Shown: piece by piece, positions 38,027-47,834 of the stretch | Position numbering within the stretch: position 1 is the stretch's first letter | Layout: the number at the start of each line of letters is the position of its first letter | From: a virus | Taxonomy: Duplodnaviria > Caudoviricetes | Virus record (IMG/VR): IMGVR_UViG_3300025267_002170 | DNA length: 64,000 nt | Strand: one strand, 5' to 3' | Notes under the pieces: model-generated | The model's database searches: none | What the model was told of the DNA's origin: nothing | The model's input: the letters and a program-made list of their open reading frames with translations, nothing else | Made by a program: the position numbers and the translations under genes

Positions 38027-38543
38027 CGCTGGACTCCTTGAGAATCTTCTGAATCTCATTGTAAATCTGCTGGCGGCGGGGCTTGGGGACGTACACGCCG
38101 TGTAGAATCTTGAGATAATCTTCCCTGAAAGAAACATCTAGGAATTTATCTATAAGATTTACGATTTCTTTTTGTTCTACTATCTCTATGAAATCATTTT
38201 CAACGCGCATGTTGCTCTCCAACTCGTCTTTTACGCTAGATAAGTCAATGGGGTCCATGATATTTTTTTTGGCTTCATGTTTTTCATTATCGAGCCTGTA
38301 AAAATGGTCTCGTTTAAAGTTCTTCAGCCGGTTGTTTACGTGAACTGCTAGGAAGTTTTCCAGCGGGCGGTTGCTATCGTAGCGGTCAAGCGCATCCATC
38401 GCTATTATGAATGCTTCCTGTTTCATATCTTCGGCTTCGTAGTAACCAAAACGAAACTTCGCGGCTTGACGTTCAACAACCTTGTTGATTATCTGAAGAA
38501 CTTCTTTCTCCGTCATTCCGTTCGGAATCTTCATCATCATCAT
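38013..38543 (-). CDS. Phage sigma70-family factor (candidate late sigma)
   Basis: Region 2-like EAEDMKQEAFIIAMDALDRYD..RPLENFL...NRLKN. Confidence 0.7.
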   Translation of the reverse strand: MMMMKIPNGMTEKEVLQIINKVVERQAAKFRFGYYEAEDMKQEAFIIAMDALDRYDSNRPLENFLAVHVNNRLKNFKRDHFYRLDNEKHEAKKNIMDPIDLSSVKDELESNMRVENDFIEIVEQKEIVNLIDKFLDVSFREDYLKILHGVYVPKPRRQQIYNEIQKILKESSDEEG

Positions 38544-38667
38544 CCAGTATGGCCTTTGCTTTTTCTGGGGAAGGGTCTGGCTGATTAAGTTCAGCCTCTA
38601 CCTGCTTCTGCAAGCTCTCCGATGCTTTTGTTTCAAGTTTGCTATCGACTTTGCTAGATTTAACCAA
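38473..38667 (-). CDS. Small hypothetical protein
   Basis: 64 aa, first gene of the leftward operon. Confidence 0.4.
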   Translation of the reverse strand: MVKSSKVDSKLETKASESLQKQVEAELNQPDPSPEKAKAILDDDDEDSERNDGERSSSDNQQGC

Positions 38668-39236
38668 GGTTCTTGCCTTTTTAAAGAAATGTGACTATAT
38701 TATACTATACCCGCAAACGGAGAAAAGCATGCGATTAACGGTGGCTGAAAAGAAGTTTATTCGAGCGACATGGGAACTGTATAATGATACGTATATTGCC
38801 GTGGCCTTGAACAAGGTGCGGCAGGAGCGAGGAGAGAGGAATCTATCAGAGCGAACTATCGCATCTTTTAGACTAAGAGAGGGGCTGCGGAGGAACATGC
38901 GGCGCGAAGGAGGCTAGTTTAGCTGATACTATCAAAAATATTTTTGTCAATTGCGTTTGAACCCCCCCGACTTTCTACCTATTTTACGCAAGTAATGCAC
39001 ATTGACAAAAAACTACCCTATAGTCTAGTCATAGTCTGTTTCCGAGTCGTAGTCCTAAGTCTAGTGTCACCAAGAGGTTATATCCTAGTACTACTGCCGC
39101 GACGTAACTCCTTTGATACCAACGACTTACGTCTATTTCGACAAAATTCTGGAATTCGTGGCCGTTGGGCTGTCATCTGCCGATACTAGTCAGTAGAATG
39201 GGGCAGTCAAGCAACAAGGTAGTAGAGGAACGACAC

Positions 39237-39296
39237 ATGGAGACGCTTTTCTTGGTGGCGCTGGTGGCAATCATTTACGAGGGACTCTTGTCATAG
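39237..39296 (+). CDS. 19-aa hydrophobic micropeptide METLFLVALVAIIYEGLLS
   Basis: GAGG RBS, downstream of a cassette promoter (TAGAAT). Confidence 0.55.
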   Translation: METLFLVALVAIIYEGLLS

Positions 39297-39339
39297 GCGC
39301 CGATTGACCGGGACACAACAGACACGCAAGGGGCACGCA

Positions 39340-39438
39340 ATGCAGACCATTATCATCACCACCATGCTGGCCATGATTCTCGTTCCGATTATCACGCTGG
39401 GCGTAATGGACGCCATTAGGCATCCGTGGGGCAAGTGA
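39340..39438 (+). CDS. 32-aa membrane peptide, paralog of the 45635 ORF N-terminus
   Basis: MQTIIITTMLAMILVPIITLGVMDAIRHPWGK; AAGGGG RBS. Confidence 0.65.
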   Translation: MQTIIITTMLAMILVPIITLGVMDAIRHPWGK

Positions 39439-39636
39439 AGAGACGCGCGACGTAACTCCTTATCTGACAAGGGGTTAGGGCGCGGCCGTACTGCGCGAAC
39501 GTAACCCCTTTGATATCAACGACTTACGTCGATTCCAACAAAATTCCAGAATAGGTAGCCATCGGGCTATGCAAGCGTCGATACTAGTCGGTATACTGTA
39601 GCAGTCAAGCAGTCGTACTTACTAGGGAGACGAGAC

Positions 39637-39696
39637 ATGGACATCGTTACCATCGGGCTGGCAGCCGCTCTACTCTACCTCGCTCTCAGCCACTAG
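39637..39696 (+). CDS. 19-aa hydrophobic micropeptide MDIVTIGLAAALLYLALSH
   Basis: AGGGAG RBS; only ORF in its cassette; paralogs at 40672, 41702, 44992. Confidence 0.65.
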   Translation: MDIVTIGLAAALLYLALSH

Positions 39697-40093
39697 GGGG
39701 CTACGCGACGTAACTCCTTATCTGACAAGGGGTTAGGGCGCGGCAGTACTGCTGCGACGTAACCTCTTACATAGCAACGACTTACATCGATTGAACGTAA
39801 CTCCTTATGTGGCAAGGGTTTACGTTCGTCATGTTATTCGGTGTAGTCTCATCCCAACTTGCCTGCTGAGCGTCTAAGATAGTCTACAGTCAGCGTCAGC
39901 CGGGGGCCGAGACAAGCTGTTATCTGATAAGGGGTTACGACTACGCACTACCGCGCGAACGTAACTCCTTTGATACCAACGACTTACGTCGATTCCGACA
40001 AAATTCCAGAATAGGTGGCTTGTGGGCTTGTGCCCTGTCGATAAGTCACTATAGTAGAGGACATACAACACGCAACACACACAAGGGTAGCAC

Positions 40094-40309
40094 ATGACAC
40101 GCACACGCCAACTGACTCACACCGAAACAATCGTCGACACCAACAGCAAGGGACAGCAGTTGTGCCGTCCGAAGTACGGCTTCCGGTGGACAATCCAAGA
40201 CAGCGTTGTCGCGATTGGACGCAAGCAAGAGGGTTGGACAACCTGCATCTACATCGACTGCGAACGTCGCGTCCGGGCAATGTGGGATGCCCACTACGCT
40301 GGCAAGTAG
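40094..40309 (+). CDS. Hypothetical cassette protein (copy at 41124-41339, paralog at 45343)
   Basis: AAGGG RBS; TNSKGQ.LCRPKYG..WTI conserved in the paralog. Confidence 0.75.
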   Translation: MTRTRQLTHTETIVDTNSKGQQLCRPKYGFRWTIQDSVVAIGRKQEGWTTCIYIDCERRVRAMWDAHYAGK

Positions 40310-40507
40310 GATTGACGGCGGCGGCGACCTAACTCCTTATCTGACAAGGGGTTACGTCGCGGCCGTACTGCGCGAACGTAACCCCTTACGTACCAACGAC
40401 TTACGTCGATTCCGACAAAATTCCAGAATGGGTGGCCCTTGGGCTTGTGCCCTGTCGATAGTCTTAGTATAGTCAGGGTCATACACAACACTACTGGAAG
40501 GGTAAGC

Positions 40508-40672
40508 ATGGACGACACGGGAGTCAAGGTAGTAGGGCCAAGCAGGGACACCGACTGGCATCATCAGGTGTGGCAGTTCGGTTGGGATGGCTGGGAGTTG
40601 GTTGGGTCGTTCCTGCCAATGGGTTCGGCGGTGGCCTATGCTGAGAAGCTGGTCGATGAGGGGGCACACTGA
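40508..40672 (+). CDS. 54-aa cassette protein MDDTGVKVVGP (copy at 41538-41702, paralog at 44828)
   Basis: AAGGG RBS; diverged paralog of identical length. Confidence 0.8.
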   Translation: MDDTGVKVVGPSRDTDWHHQVWQFGWDGWELVGSFLPMGSAVAYAEKLVDEGAH

Positions 40673-40731
40673 TGGACGTACTCACTTGCGTAACGGCGGC
40701 GGCGTTGCTATGGGTCGCTCTCTCTCACTGA
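40672..40731 (+). CDS. 19-aa hydrophobic micropeptide MDVLTCVTAAALLWVALSH (copy at 41702-41761)
   Basis: TGATG coupling to the upstream ORF; paralog family. Confidence 0.65.
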   Translation: MDVLTCVTAAALLWVALSH

Positions 40732-42151
40732 GAATCGACCTAACTCCTTATCTGACAAGGGGTTACGGCAGCGCAGTACTGCTGCGACGTAACCTCTTTG
40801 ATACCAATGACTTACATCAATTGAACGTAACTCCTTACGTAGCAAGGGTTTACGTTCGTCCTATTATCCGGCGTAGTCTCATCCTAACTTACCTGCTGGC
40901 CGTCTAAGATAGTCTACAGTCAGCGTCAGCCGGGGGCCGAGACAAGCTGTTATCTGATAAGGGGTTACGACTACGCACTACCGCGCGAACGTAACTCCTT
41001 TGATACCAACGACTTACGTCGATTCCGACAAAATTCCAGAATAGGTGGCTTGTGGGCTTGTGCCCTGTCGATAAGTCACTATAGTAGAGGACATACAACA
41101 CGCAACACACACAAGGGTAGCACATGACACGCACACGCCAACTGACTCACACCGAAACAATCGTCGACACCAACAGCAAGGGACAGCAGTTGTGCCGTCC
41201 GAAGTACGGCTTCCGGTGGACAATCCAAGACAGCGTTGTCGCGATTGGACGCAAGCAAGAGGGTTGGACAACCTGCATCTACATCGACTGCGAACGTCGC
41301 GTCCGGGCAATGTGGGATGCCCACTACGCTGGCAAGTAGGATTGACGGCGGCGGCGACCTAACTCCTTATCTGACAAGGGGTTACGTCGCGGCCGTACTG
41401 CGCGAACGTAACCCCTTACGTACCAACGACTTACGTCGATTCCGACAAAATTCCAGAATGGGTGGCCCTTGGGCTTGTGCCCTGTCGATAGTCTTAGTAT
41501 AGTCAGGGTCATACACAACACTACTGGAAGGGTAAGCATGGACGACACGGGAGTCAAGGTAGTAGGGCCAAGCAGGGACACCGACTGGCATCATCAGGTG
41601 TGGCAGTTCGGTTGGGATGGCTGGGAGTTGGTTGGGTCGTTCCTGCCAATGGGTTCGGCGGTGGCCTATGCTGAGAAGCTGGTCGATGAGGGGGCACACT
41701 GATGGACGTACTCACTTGCGTAACGGCGGCGGCGTTGCTATGGGTCGCTCTCTCTCACTGAGAATCGACCTAACTCCTTATCTGACAAGGGGTTACGGCA
41801 GCGCAGTACTGCTGCGACGTAACCTCTTTGATACCAATGACTTACATCAATTGAACGTAACTCCTTACGTAGCAAGGGTTTACGTTCGTCCTGTTATCCG
41901 GCGTAGTCTCATCCCAACTTACCTGCTGGCCGTCTAAGATAGTCTACAGTCAGCGTCAGCCGGGGGCCGAGACAAACTGTTATCTGACAAGGGGTTAGGG
42001 CGGCGCAGTACGGCCGCGACGTAACGTCTTACGTAGCAACGACTTACAACTACTTTGGAAAAGTTTCTGGAATTACTAACGACTGGGGTTGTGCTTTGCC
42101 GATATAGCACTATAATGGGGGAGTACAACACAAGGACAAGGGGCTACTACA

Positions 42152-42244
42152 ATGTGGGCTATCTACCTGATGATGGGCGTGCTGGGCTTCTGCTGGCTGA
42201 CGCTTCTGCTGGACATCTTCGTACCCGGTTGGGACCGTGACTAA
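42152..42244 (+). CDS. 30-aa membrane peptide (paralog at 45067-45150)
   Basis: MWAIYLMMGVLGFCWLTLLLDIFVPGWDRD; shared LLLDIFxPGWD. Confidence 0.7.
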   Translation: MWAIYLMMGVLGFCWLTLLLDIFVPGWDRD

Positions 42245-42442
42245 CGAAACGCGCTAACTCCTTACGTGACAAGGGGTTACGTCGCGGCCGTACTGCGCGA
42301 ACGTAACCCCTTTGATACCAACGACTTATGACTAATTAGATAAAATGCCAGAATGGGTAGCATATAGGTGGGGGTTGTGGTTGACTTGTGTCGATAAGGT
42401 ATATAGAATGGGGGCATACAACACATGGCAAAGGGCAACACT

Positions 42443-42754
42443 ATGACCAACAACAATCACCGCAGCCCGCACAACTGTGCCTGTGCCAAACTGTCCTGTG
42501 CATCATTCGTGGCGGGCAACCAATGCTTCCGCTGCCAACAGGTTGACAACCGGAAGGCCGGTATCCGGTTCAATGCTGAGATGGATGAGTGGAAGGCGTG
42601 GTTCGCTTGCAACCGCAAGCGGGTGAAAGTTCACGAGGCTGGTCCGAACTACCGCCCGTCCGCTTCGACGGATGCGGTTGTCTGGCCGGGCGGTGGTTCG
42701 GTTGACTATGACCCCGGCGGATGGTATACTCACGAGCACGAACGGACTAGCTAA
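42443..42754 (+). CDS. Cys-rich hypothetical cassette protein
   Basis: AAGGGC RBS, CxC...CxxC; promoter TTGACT at 42381. Confidence 0.65.
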   Translation: MTNNNHRSPHNCACAKLSCASFVAGNQCFRCQQVDNRKAGIRFNAEMDEWKAWFACNRKRVKVHEAGPNYRPSASTDAVVWPGGGSVDYDPGGWYTHEHERTS

Positions 42755-43074
42755 TCAAGCCAGCTAGAGAGACAGCACAATGACAATCGCACGCTTCACC
42801 AACTACATCCGATACAGCACCACTTGCCCCGATGGTATCACCACTGCACGATGGCAGGGTATGCTGACATGGGCACGCACTAACGGATACCTCTAATCGA
42901 CGTAACTCCTTACGTGACAAGGGGTTAGGGCGCGGCAGTACCGCGCGAACGTAACTCCTTTGATACCAACGACTTACATCGATTCCTATAAAATTCCAGA
43001 TACTTATGGCGACTGGGCTTGTGGAATGTCGATAAGGTATATATAATGGGGTTATGAGAAACAAGGAGAGCAAC

Positions 43075-43329
43075 ATGAAAGTATCAGAAATCGAATTGAC
43101 CGGCGGTGAAATCAGGGTAGCAACGAGGACTGACGCCTATCGGGTTTTTGTCGGCAATCGTCACAATGACCAAGCATGGCATCGTGATAACTACATTGCC
43201 GAATACGGCGACGTAGAAGTGGAATACGATTCCGAGTACAACGTGTGGCGTGTTCCGGCTTTCGCTGAAGAACGGGCCGCTTACTCCGCATCAAAGGCAA
43301 TAGATTGTGCCAATTGGGGTTGCGAGTAG
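43075..43329 (+). CDS. Hypothetical cassette protein
   Basis: AAGGAG RBS; promoter with TATAAT upstream. Confidence 0.75.
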   Translation: MKVSEIELTGGEIRVATRTDAYRVFVGNRHNDQAWHRDNYIAEYGDVEVEYDSEYNVWRVPAFAEERAAYSASKAIDCANWGCE

Positions 43330-43530
43330 GACGGATACCTCTAATCGACGTAACTCCTTATCTGACAAGGGGTTAGGGCGCGGCGCGACTGCGCGAACGT
43401 AACCCCTTACGTACCAACGACTTACGTCAATTCCTATAAAATTCTAGATGCTTGTGGAGATAGGGCTTGACGTGTGCCGATAATTTACTATAGTGGGGGG
43501 TATACAACACCTAACACGGAAGGGCGACAC

Positions 43531-43722
43531 ATGCGATTCGACGACACGCGCGACAACACCACTGCAATCGAGGCCACCATCATCGAGGCCGATGCCCGCG
43601 AGGATGACGACGGCGACGACATCGAGGAAGATGACGGCCAACCGTCCGAATACGTCGAGTGGCAGGATTTCATGGGTGGCGACGATTGGGACCACGGGCA
43701 ATTCGACGACTGCGGATGGTAG
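43531..43722 (+). CDS. Highly acidic 63-aa protein
   Basis: 24 D/E versus 3 R; own promoter, RBS and terminator. Confidence 0.7.
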   Translation: MRFDDTRDNTTAIEATIIEADAREDDDGDDIEEDDGQPSEYVEWQDFMGGDDWDHGQFDDCGW

Positions 43723-43963
43723 GCCCTTCCCGGCGTGCGGGCGAACGCTCCCCAAGTTCCGGGGTCGGCCCGCCGCCGGTTTCTTTCTTTCGACCTAACT
43801 CTTTACGTAGCAAGGGGTTAGGGCGGCGCCGTACTGCCGCGACGTAACCCCTTACGTACCAATGACTTACATCAATCTCAGAAAACCTCAAGATTAGGGT
43901 TGACTATTACCGATACCACTAGTACAATCAGGCATCGCATCACAAACACGGAAGGGCAATTAG

Positions 43964-44056
43964 ATGCACGAAATGTGGTTGACTGACTTGGTGGTTTCAA
44001 TGTTCGTCGGGCTGGTCATTAGCGGCTGGGTGTACGACAAGCTCTACGAGAATTAA
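43964..44056 (+). CDS. 30-aa membrane peptide
   Basis: MHEMWLTDLVVSMFVGLVISGWVYDKLYEN; stop codon abuts the repeat at 44057. Confidence 0.6.
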   Translation: MHEMWLTDLVVSMFVGLVISGWVYDKLYEN

Positions 44057-44325
44057 CGTAAACCCTTACGTAGCAAGACGTTACGTCGCGGCAGTACCGC
44101 GCGAACGTAACCCCTTACGTAGCAACGACTTACGTCGACTATAAGATGGGGGTGGCATGGGTGTATCACGTAGTCTAGCCCGCTAGGCGTCTAAGATAGT
44201 CTACAGTCAGCGTCAGCCGTGGGCCGGGTAAATGTGGAAATAACTTGAAGATGTGGGTTGACATGTGTCGATATATCACTATAATAGGGGCATACAACAC
44301 GGGACACAAGTAGAAGGGGCAGACA

Positions 44326-44598
44326 ATGTTGAGCAGAAAAGTGTACGAGGCACAGGCAGCAATCATCAAGAAGCACGTCGCTACGGCGGGACGGGACTTC
44401 TGCTACGAGTTGGCAATTGACCTTGCCGACTACTTCGCAAGCGACAACCCGCGATTCGACCGGGGGCGGTTCTTCAAGGCGTGCGGAATTGACGGTTACC
44501 ACCTGCGACCGTTGCCGGTGGAGTACGTTGACGCGGATTGGAATTCTGAAATGGGGCGTGGCCCGGAACCGATTGGGGCAGACCTCGAACAGCCGTGA
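44326..44598 (+). CDS. Hypothetical phage protein (DNPRFDR.RF..ACG family)
   Basis: TTGACA-16-TATAAT promoter at 44258-44285; AAGGGG RBS. Confidence 0.8.
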   Translation: MLSRKVYEAQAAIIKKHVATAGRDFCYELAIDLADYFASDNPRFDRGRFFKACGIDGYHLRPLPVEYVDADWNSEMGRGPEPIGADLEQP

Positions 44599-44827
44599 CA
44601 TTTCCTTTTGTGCGGCGGCGGGTGTAAGCACCCCGACCACTGGGGACGACCCGCCGCCTTACCTAACTCCTTACGTGACAAGGGGTTAGGGCGGCGCAGT
44701 CCGGCGCGAACGTAACTCCTTTAATACCAACGACTTATGACTATTCTGAGAAAATGTCAAGATAGTAGTTGACTTATGACGATATAGGGGGTATAACAGT
44801 AATATACAACAACGGAAGGGCAAGAGC

Positions 44828-44992
44828 ATGGATGATACGGGCGTCAAGGTAGTAGGGCCGAGTAAGGACACCGACTGGGAACACCAAGTGTGGCAGTTCG
44901 GTAGCGAGGGGTGGGAGTTGGTCGGCTCCTATATGCCGATGGGTTCGGCAATTGCTCAAGCTGAGAAGTTGATTGACGAGGGGGCACACTAG
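44828..44992 (+). CDS. Paralog of the 40508 protein
   Basis: MDDTGVKVVGPSKDTDWEHQVWQFG...; followed by 19-aa peptide 44992-45051 and 27-aa peptide 45067-45150. Confidence 0.8.
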   Translation: MDDTGVKVVGPSKDTDWEHQVWQFGSEGWELVGSYMPMGSAIAQAEKLIDEGAH

Positions 44993-45342
44993 TGGATGCA
45001 TTGGTTTGCATTACGGCGGCGACGTTGCTTTACATTGCCATATCTCACTGACAGGGGAATCGCACAATGACTTTCATCTACATCGTCCTCGGGCTTGTCT
45101 GGTCGCTGCTGCTGCTGGACATCTTCCTTCCCGGCTGGGACGGCAAGTAACCGACGTAACTCCTTAACTGACAAGGGGTTAGGGCGGCGCGGTACGGCGC
45201 GAACGTAACCCCTTACGTAGCAACGACTTACAACTACTTTGGGGAAAATTCTGGAATTACTGGCGATTGGGGTATACTTTGGACGATAAGGTATGTATAA
45301 TGGGAGACATACAACACACAACACACACAAGGGCAAAACACA

Positions 45343-45570
45343 ATGACCATCACTATCACACCCAAGGCTGACCGCAACCGAGAACTGAACCACGCCGAGA
45401 TTATCGTCGAAACCAACAGCAAGGGGCAATGCCTGTGCCGACCGAAGTACGGTTGCAACTGGACAATCGTGACACCAACACGCAACCAACCCGGCATGAA
45501 CTGCGTTCACTGGATTGGTGAGGAGTTGTCAATCAAGGCACAGTGGAACGCAAACTACGCCGACAAGTAG
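45343..45570 (+). CDS. Paralog of the 40094 protein
   Basis: Shared motif; AAGGGC RBS. Confidence 0.75.
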   Translation: MTITITPKADRNRELNHAEIIVETNSKGQCLCRPKYGCNWTIVTPTRNQPGMNCVHWIGEELSIKAQWNANYADK

Positions 45571-45634
45571 GGTTGACGGCGGTTGGTGTATCAGGTAGAA
45601 TACACACTCACAACACACACAAGGGCACAACACA

Positions 45635-45886
45635 ATGACAACCACCACCATCATCATCGCCGCCATGCTCACCGCCATCATCCTGCCGATTATCATCCTC
45701 GGCATTCAAGATGCCCGGCGACACTCGTGGCGACCAAAGAACAGACACAAGCGGTTCGGCGTTGACAGTGATTACATGAAAGCGGTGAAGGGCGGAAGCA
45801 AGACACTGGCAGAGTATCACCGCAAGAGACTTGCGGAAGGGCAAGAGCGTTTGAAGTGGCGGGTGACGGTTGTTGACAACGACTAA
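45635..45886 (+). CDS. Membrane-anchored hypothetical protein
   Basis: N-terminal TM homologous to the 39340 peptide. Confidence 0.7.
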   Translation: MTTTTIIIAAMLTAIILPIIILGIQDARRHSWRPKNRHKRFGVDSDYMKAVKGGSKTLAEYHRKRLAEGQERLKWRVTVVDND

Positions 45887-45930
45887 CGTATCTGTTAGAA
45901 TACGCACTCACAATAACAGGAAGGGCACAG

Positions 45931-46206
45931 ATGGAATACCGATTCGAGAACACTGAGAGCTACCGGCTGGTCGTGAGACTTCGCAAGGCACTGAGCGAGG
46001 TGATGGAAGTTCCCAACGAGTGGCTGCCGGAATCGTATCACACGGCGAAGGGCAGCCGAACGCTCGCAAGCGTGGAGCGTGAATTCGACAAGCGGCAAAC
46101 GGAGAAAGCCGCAAGCGACCACGAACAGCGGAAGGCAAGCAAGGCAGAATTGATTGAAGCGTATCGCTCACGGGTGGAGCGGGGCGAGGAGTTGTTCGCA
46201 GCATGA
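45931..46206 (+). CDS. Hypothetical protein
   Basis: AAGGGC RBS; followed by coupled 48-aa hydrophobic ORF 46203-46349. Confidence 0.75.
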   Translation: MEYRFENTESYRLVVRLRKALSEVMEVPNEWLPESYHTAKGSRTLASVEREFDKRQTEKAASDHEQRKASKAELIEAYRSRVERGEELFAA

Positions 46207-46503
46207 GAAACGAATTCCAGAAGCGTCTACGGGTTGCCAGAATGTTTGACTGGGCGTTTATTGCTCTATGGATTGTGTGGATATGCTTGGCGGCGGCGGG
46301 GTCTATTGCGGTTCTTATTGGTTGGGTTATGGGGACGGTTTTTGGGTAAACGACGTAAGTGCTTATCTGACAAGGGGTTAGGGCGGCGCGGTACGGCGCG
46401 AGCGTAACCCCTTATATAGCAACGACTTACGACAATTCCTATAAAATTATGGAATAGGTGGCGACTGGGCTTGTGGAATGTCGATAGTCTACTATAATGG
46501 GGG

Positions 46504-47118
46504 ACATACAAAACAACGCCGCTCCCTATCGGTGAAGTGAAAGCCTAACCGCCATCGACTGGGTATAAACGCGGCACAACACTGGGAGTAGGGCCGGGAA
46601 ACTGGCAGCCGCTCCACCTTACAAGCTCTTTTACAATTGAAACAAGTGAAGCCCTTGTAGCTCGGTGGCATGAGCATGGCGGGTTTTCCCTGATAGCGAC
46701 TGTACAATCGCTGGGGGAATTCTGACAGCCTTAGTATCGTGGCGGGCCTGTGTTTGTACGAATACAGGTGGGTGTGTACACACCTCATTCACCCCGTAAA
46801 CGTTCTAGTAGCGTTTGGTTCGAATCCCACCTTGGGCAGCACTTTTATGTAGCCGGTGTATACCGGTGAACAACGAGGCGTCAGAGCGGCTCAGCCGTAA
46901 ATCTAGCCACGCCTACAAACCCGAGAAGGGTGGAGATAAATAGGGCTAGTACCTTACATGGAACGGGATTTAAACTTAGGGATATCCGACAGTCCCAACC
47001 CCTTGCGAGGATTAACCCGGCAGCGAGCAGACGTGCTTGTACGGGGGGAGACTGGTTGGTCTCGAATCGCAAGTGACTGTTCCGGGGTGACCAACCCCCG
47101 GCGTTTCATTTCTCTTTA
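46504..47118 (+). ncRNA. Candidate large structured ncRNA(s) with tRNA-like segment
   Basis: Promoter (TATAAT 46493), no credible ORF, boxA-like GCTCTTTTACAA, many hairpins, D-arm and T-loop-like motifs, terminal hairpin. Confidence 0.55.
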
Positions 47119-47472
47119 CCTAAGTTGTTTCATATCAACGACTTAGGGCCGCGCCCTAGGGCCGCGACGTAACCTATTGTCAGATAACGACTTAGAGAAA
47201 TGCTAAAGAATTTGTTGACATCTGTCGATACTAGTATATAATGGGGGAGTTCTTTGATTGAACAGTCGGGGAACACGGGGCGGCGGCGAGTGTTGGCGCA
47301 CATTGACCCGCCGCCCCTCTTTTGTATCAGGTAGTCTAGCCCGCTGGAAGTCTAGGATAGTCTGTAGTCAGCAAAAGTCAGCGGTCAAGCGATTTTCCTC
47401 AAGTATAGGTTTGACTTTGGACGATAATAGTATATAATGGGGAACATACAAGACAGGGCCAAGGGCAACACG

Positions 47473-47709
47473 ATGCAGAAGAAACCAAAGAACGGCGACC
47501 TGTTTGACAGGGGCGCGCAACACAACTTCGAGTTGGTCCCATTGACAGCCCACCGGAACCACCAATACATCACTATCCACCTCGGGGATGAAAAACTGCT
47601 GGGGGATTTGCCGGTGGCGATTGACTACGCCAACCTGACCGGCGGTGGTGTTGGGTTCAATGCCAAAATTAACAAGCGAGTCAAAATCTGGAAAGTGATA
47701 GGGACATAA
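47473..47709 (+). CDS. Hypothetical protein
   Basis: TTGACT-16-TATAAT at 47411-47438; AAGGGC RBS. Confidence 0.7.
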   Translation: MQKKPKNGDLFDRGAQHNFELVPLTAHRNHQYITIHLGDEKLLGDLPVAIDYANLTGGGVGFNAKINKRVKIWKVIGT

Positions 47710-47834
47710 AAGGAGTGGTAAAATGCCACCTGAATGGTTGACACCGGGGACATTTCTGATAGGATTGATATTGCTGGCAGGGGTATGCTGGCTGGCTGAT
47801 AAACTTGGGTGGTGGAAATAGAAGGGGCAGAAGA

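Larger units (their letters stand above)
39871..41975 (+). repeat. Near-perfect 1030-bp tandem duplication
   Basis: 39871-40900 recurs at 40901-41930; the ORF track shows identical ORFs offset by 1030; two substitutions near the unit end. Confidence 0.95.

Noticed and set aside
17-38200. Plus-strand ORFs across the structural region
   Set aside because: Antisense shadows of long minus-strand genes, without RBS or recognisable motifs.
39871-41975. Tandem duplication as a pure assembly artefact
   Set aside because: The middle copy has two private substitutions and older paralogs exist nearby. Not fully excluded without reads.
46651-46838. Functional tRNA or tmRNA gene
   Set aside because: Acceptor and T stems pair poorly, there is no 7-nt anticodon loop, and tmRNA termini and tag are absent. 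Reported as tRNA-like only.
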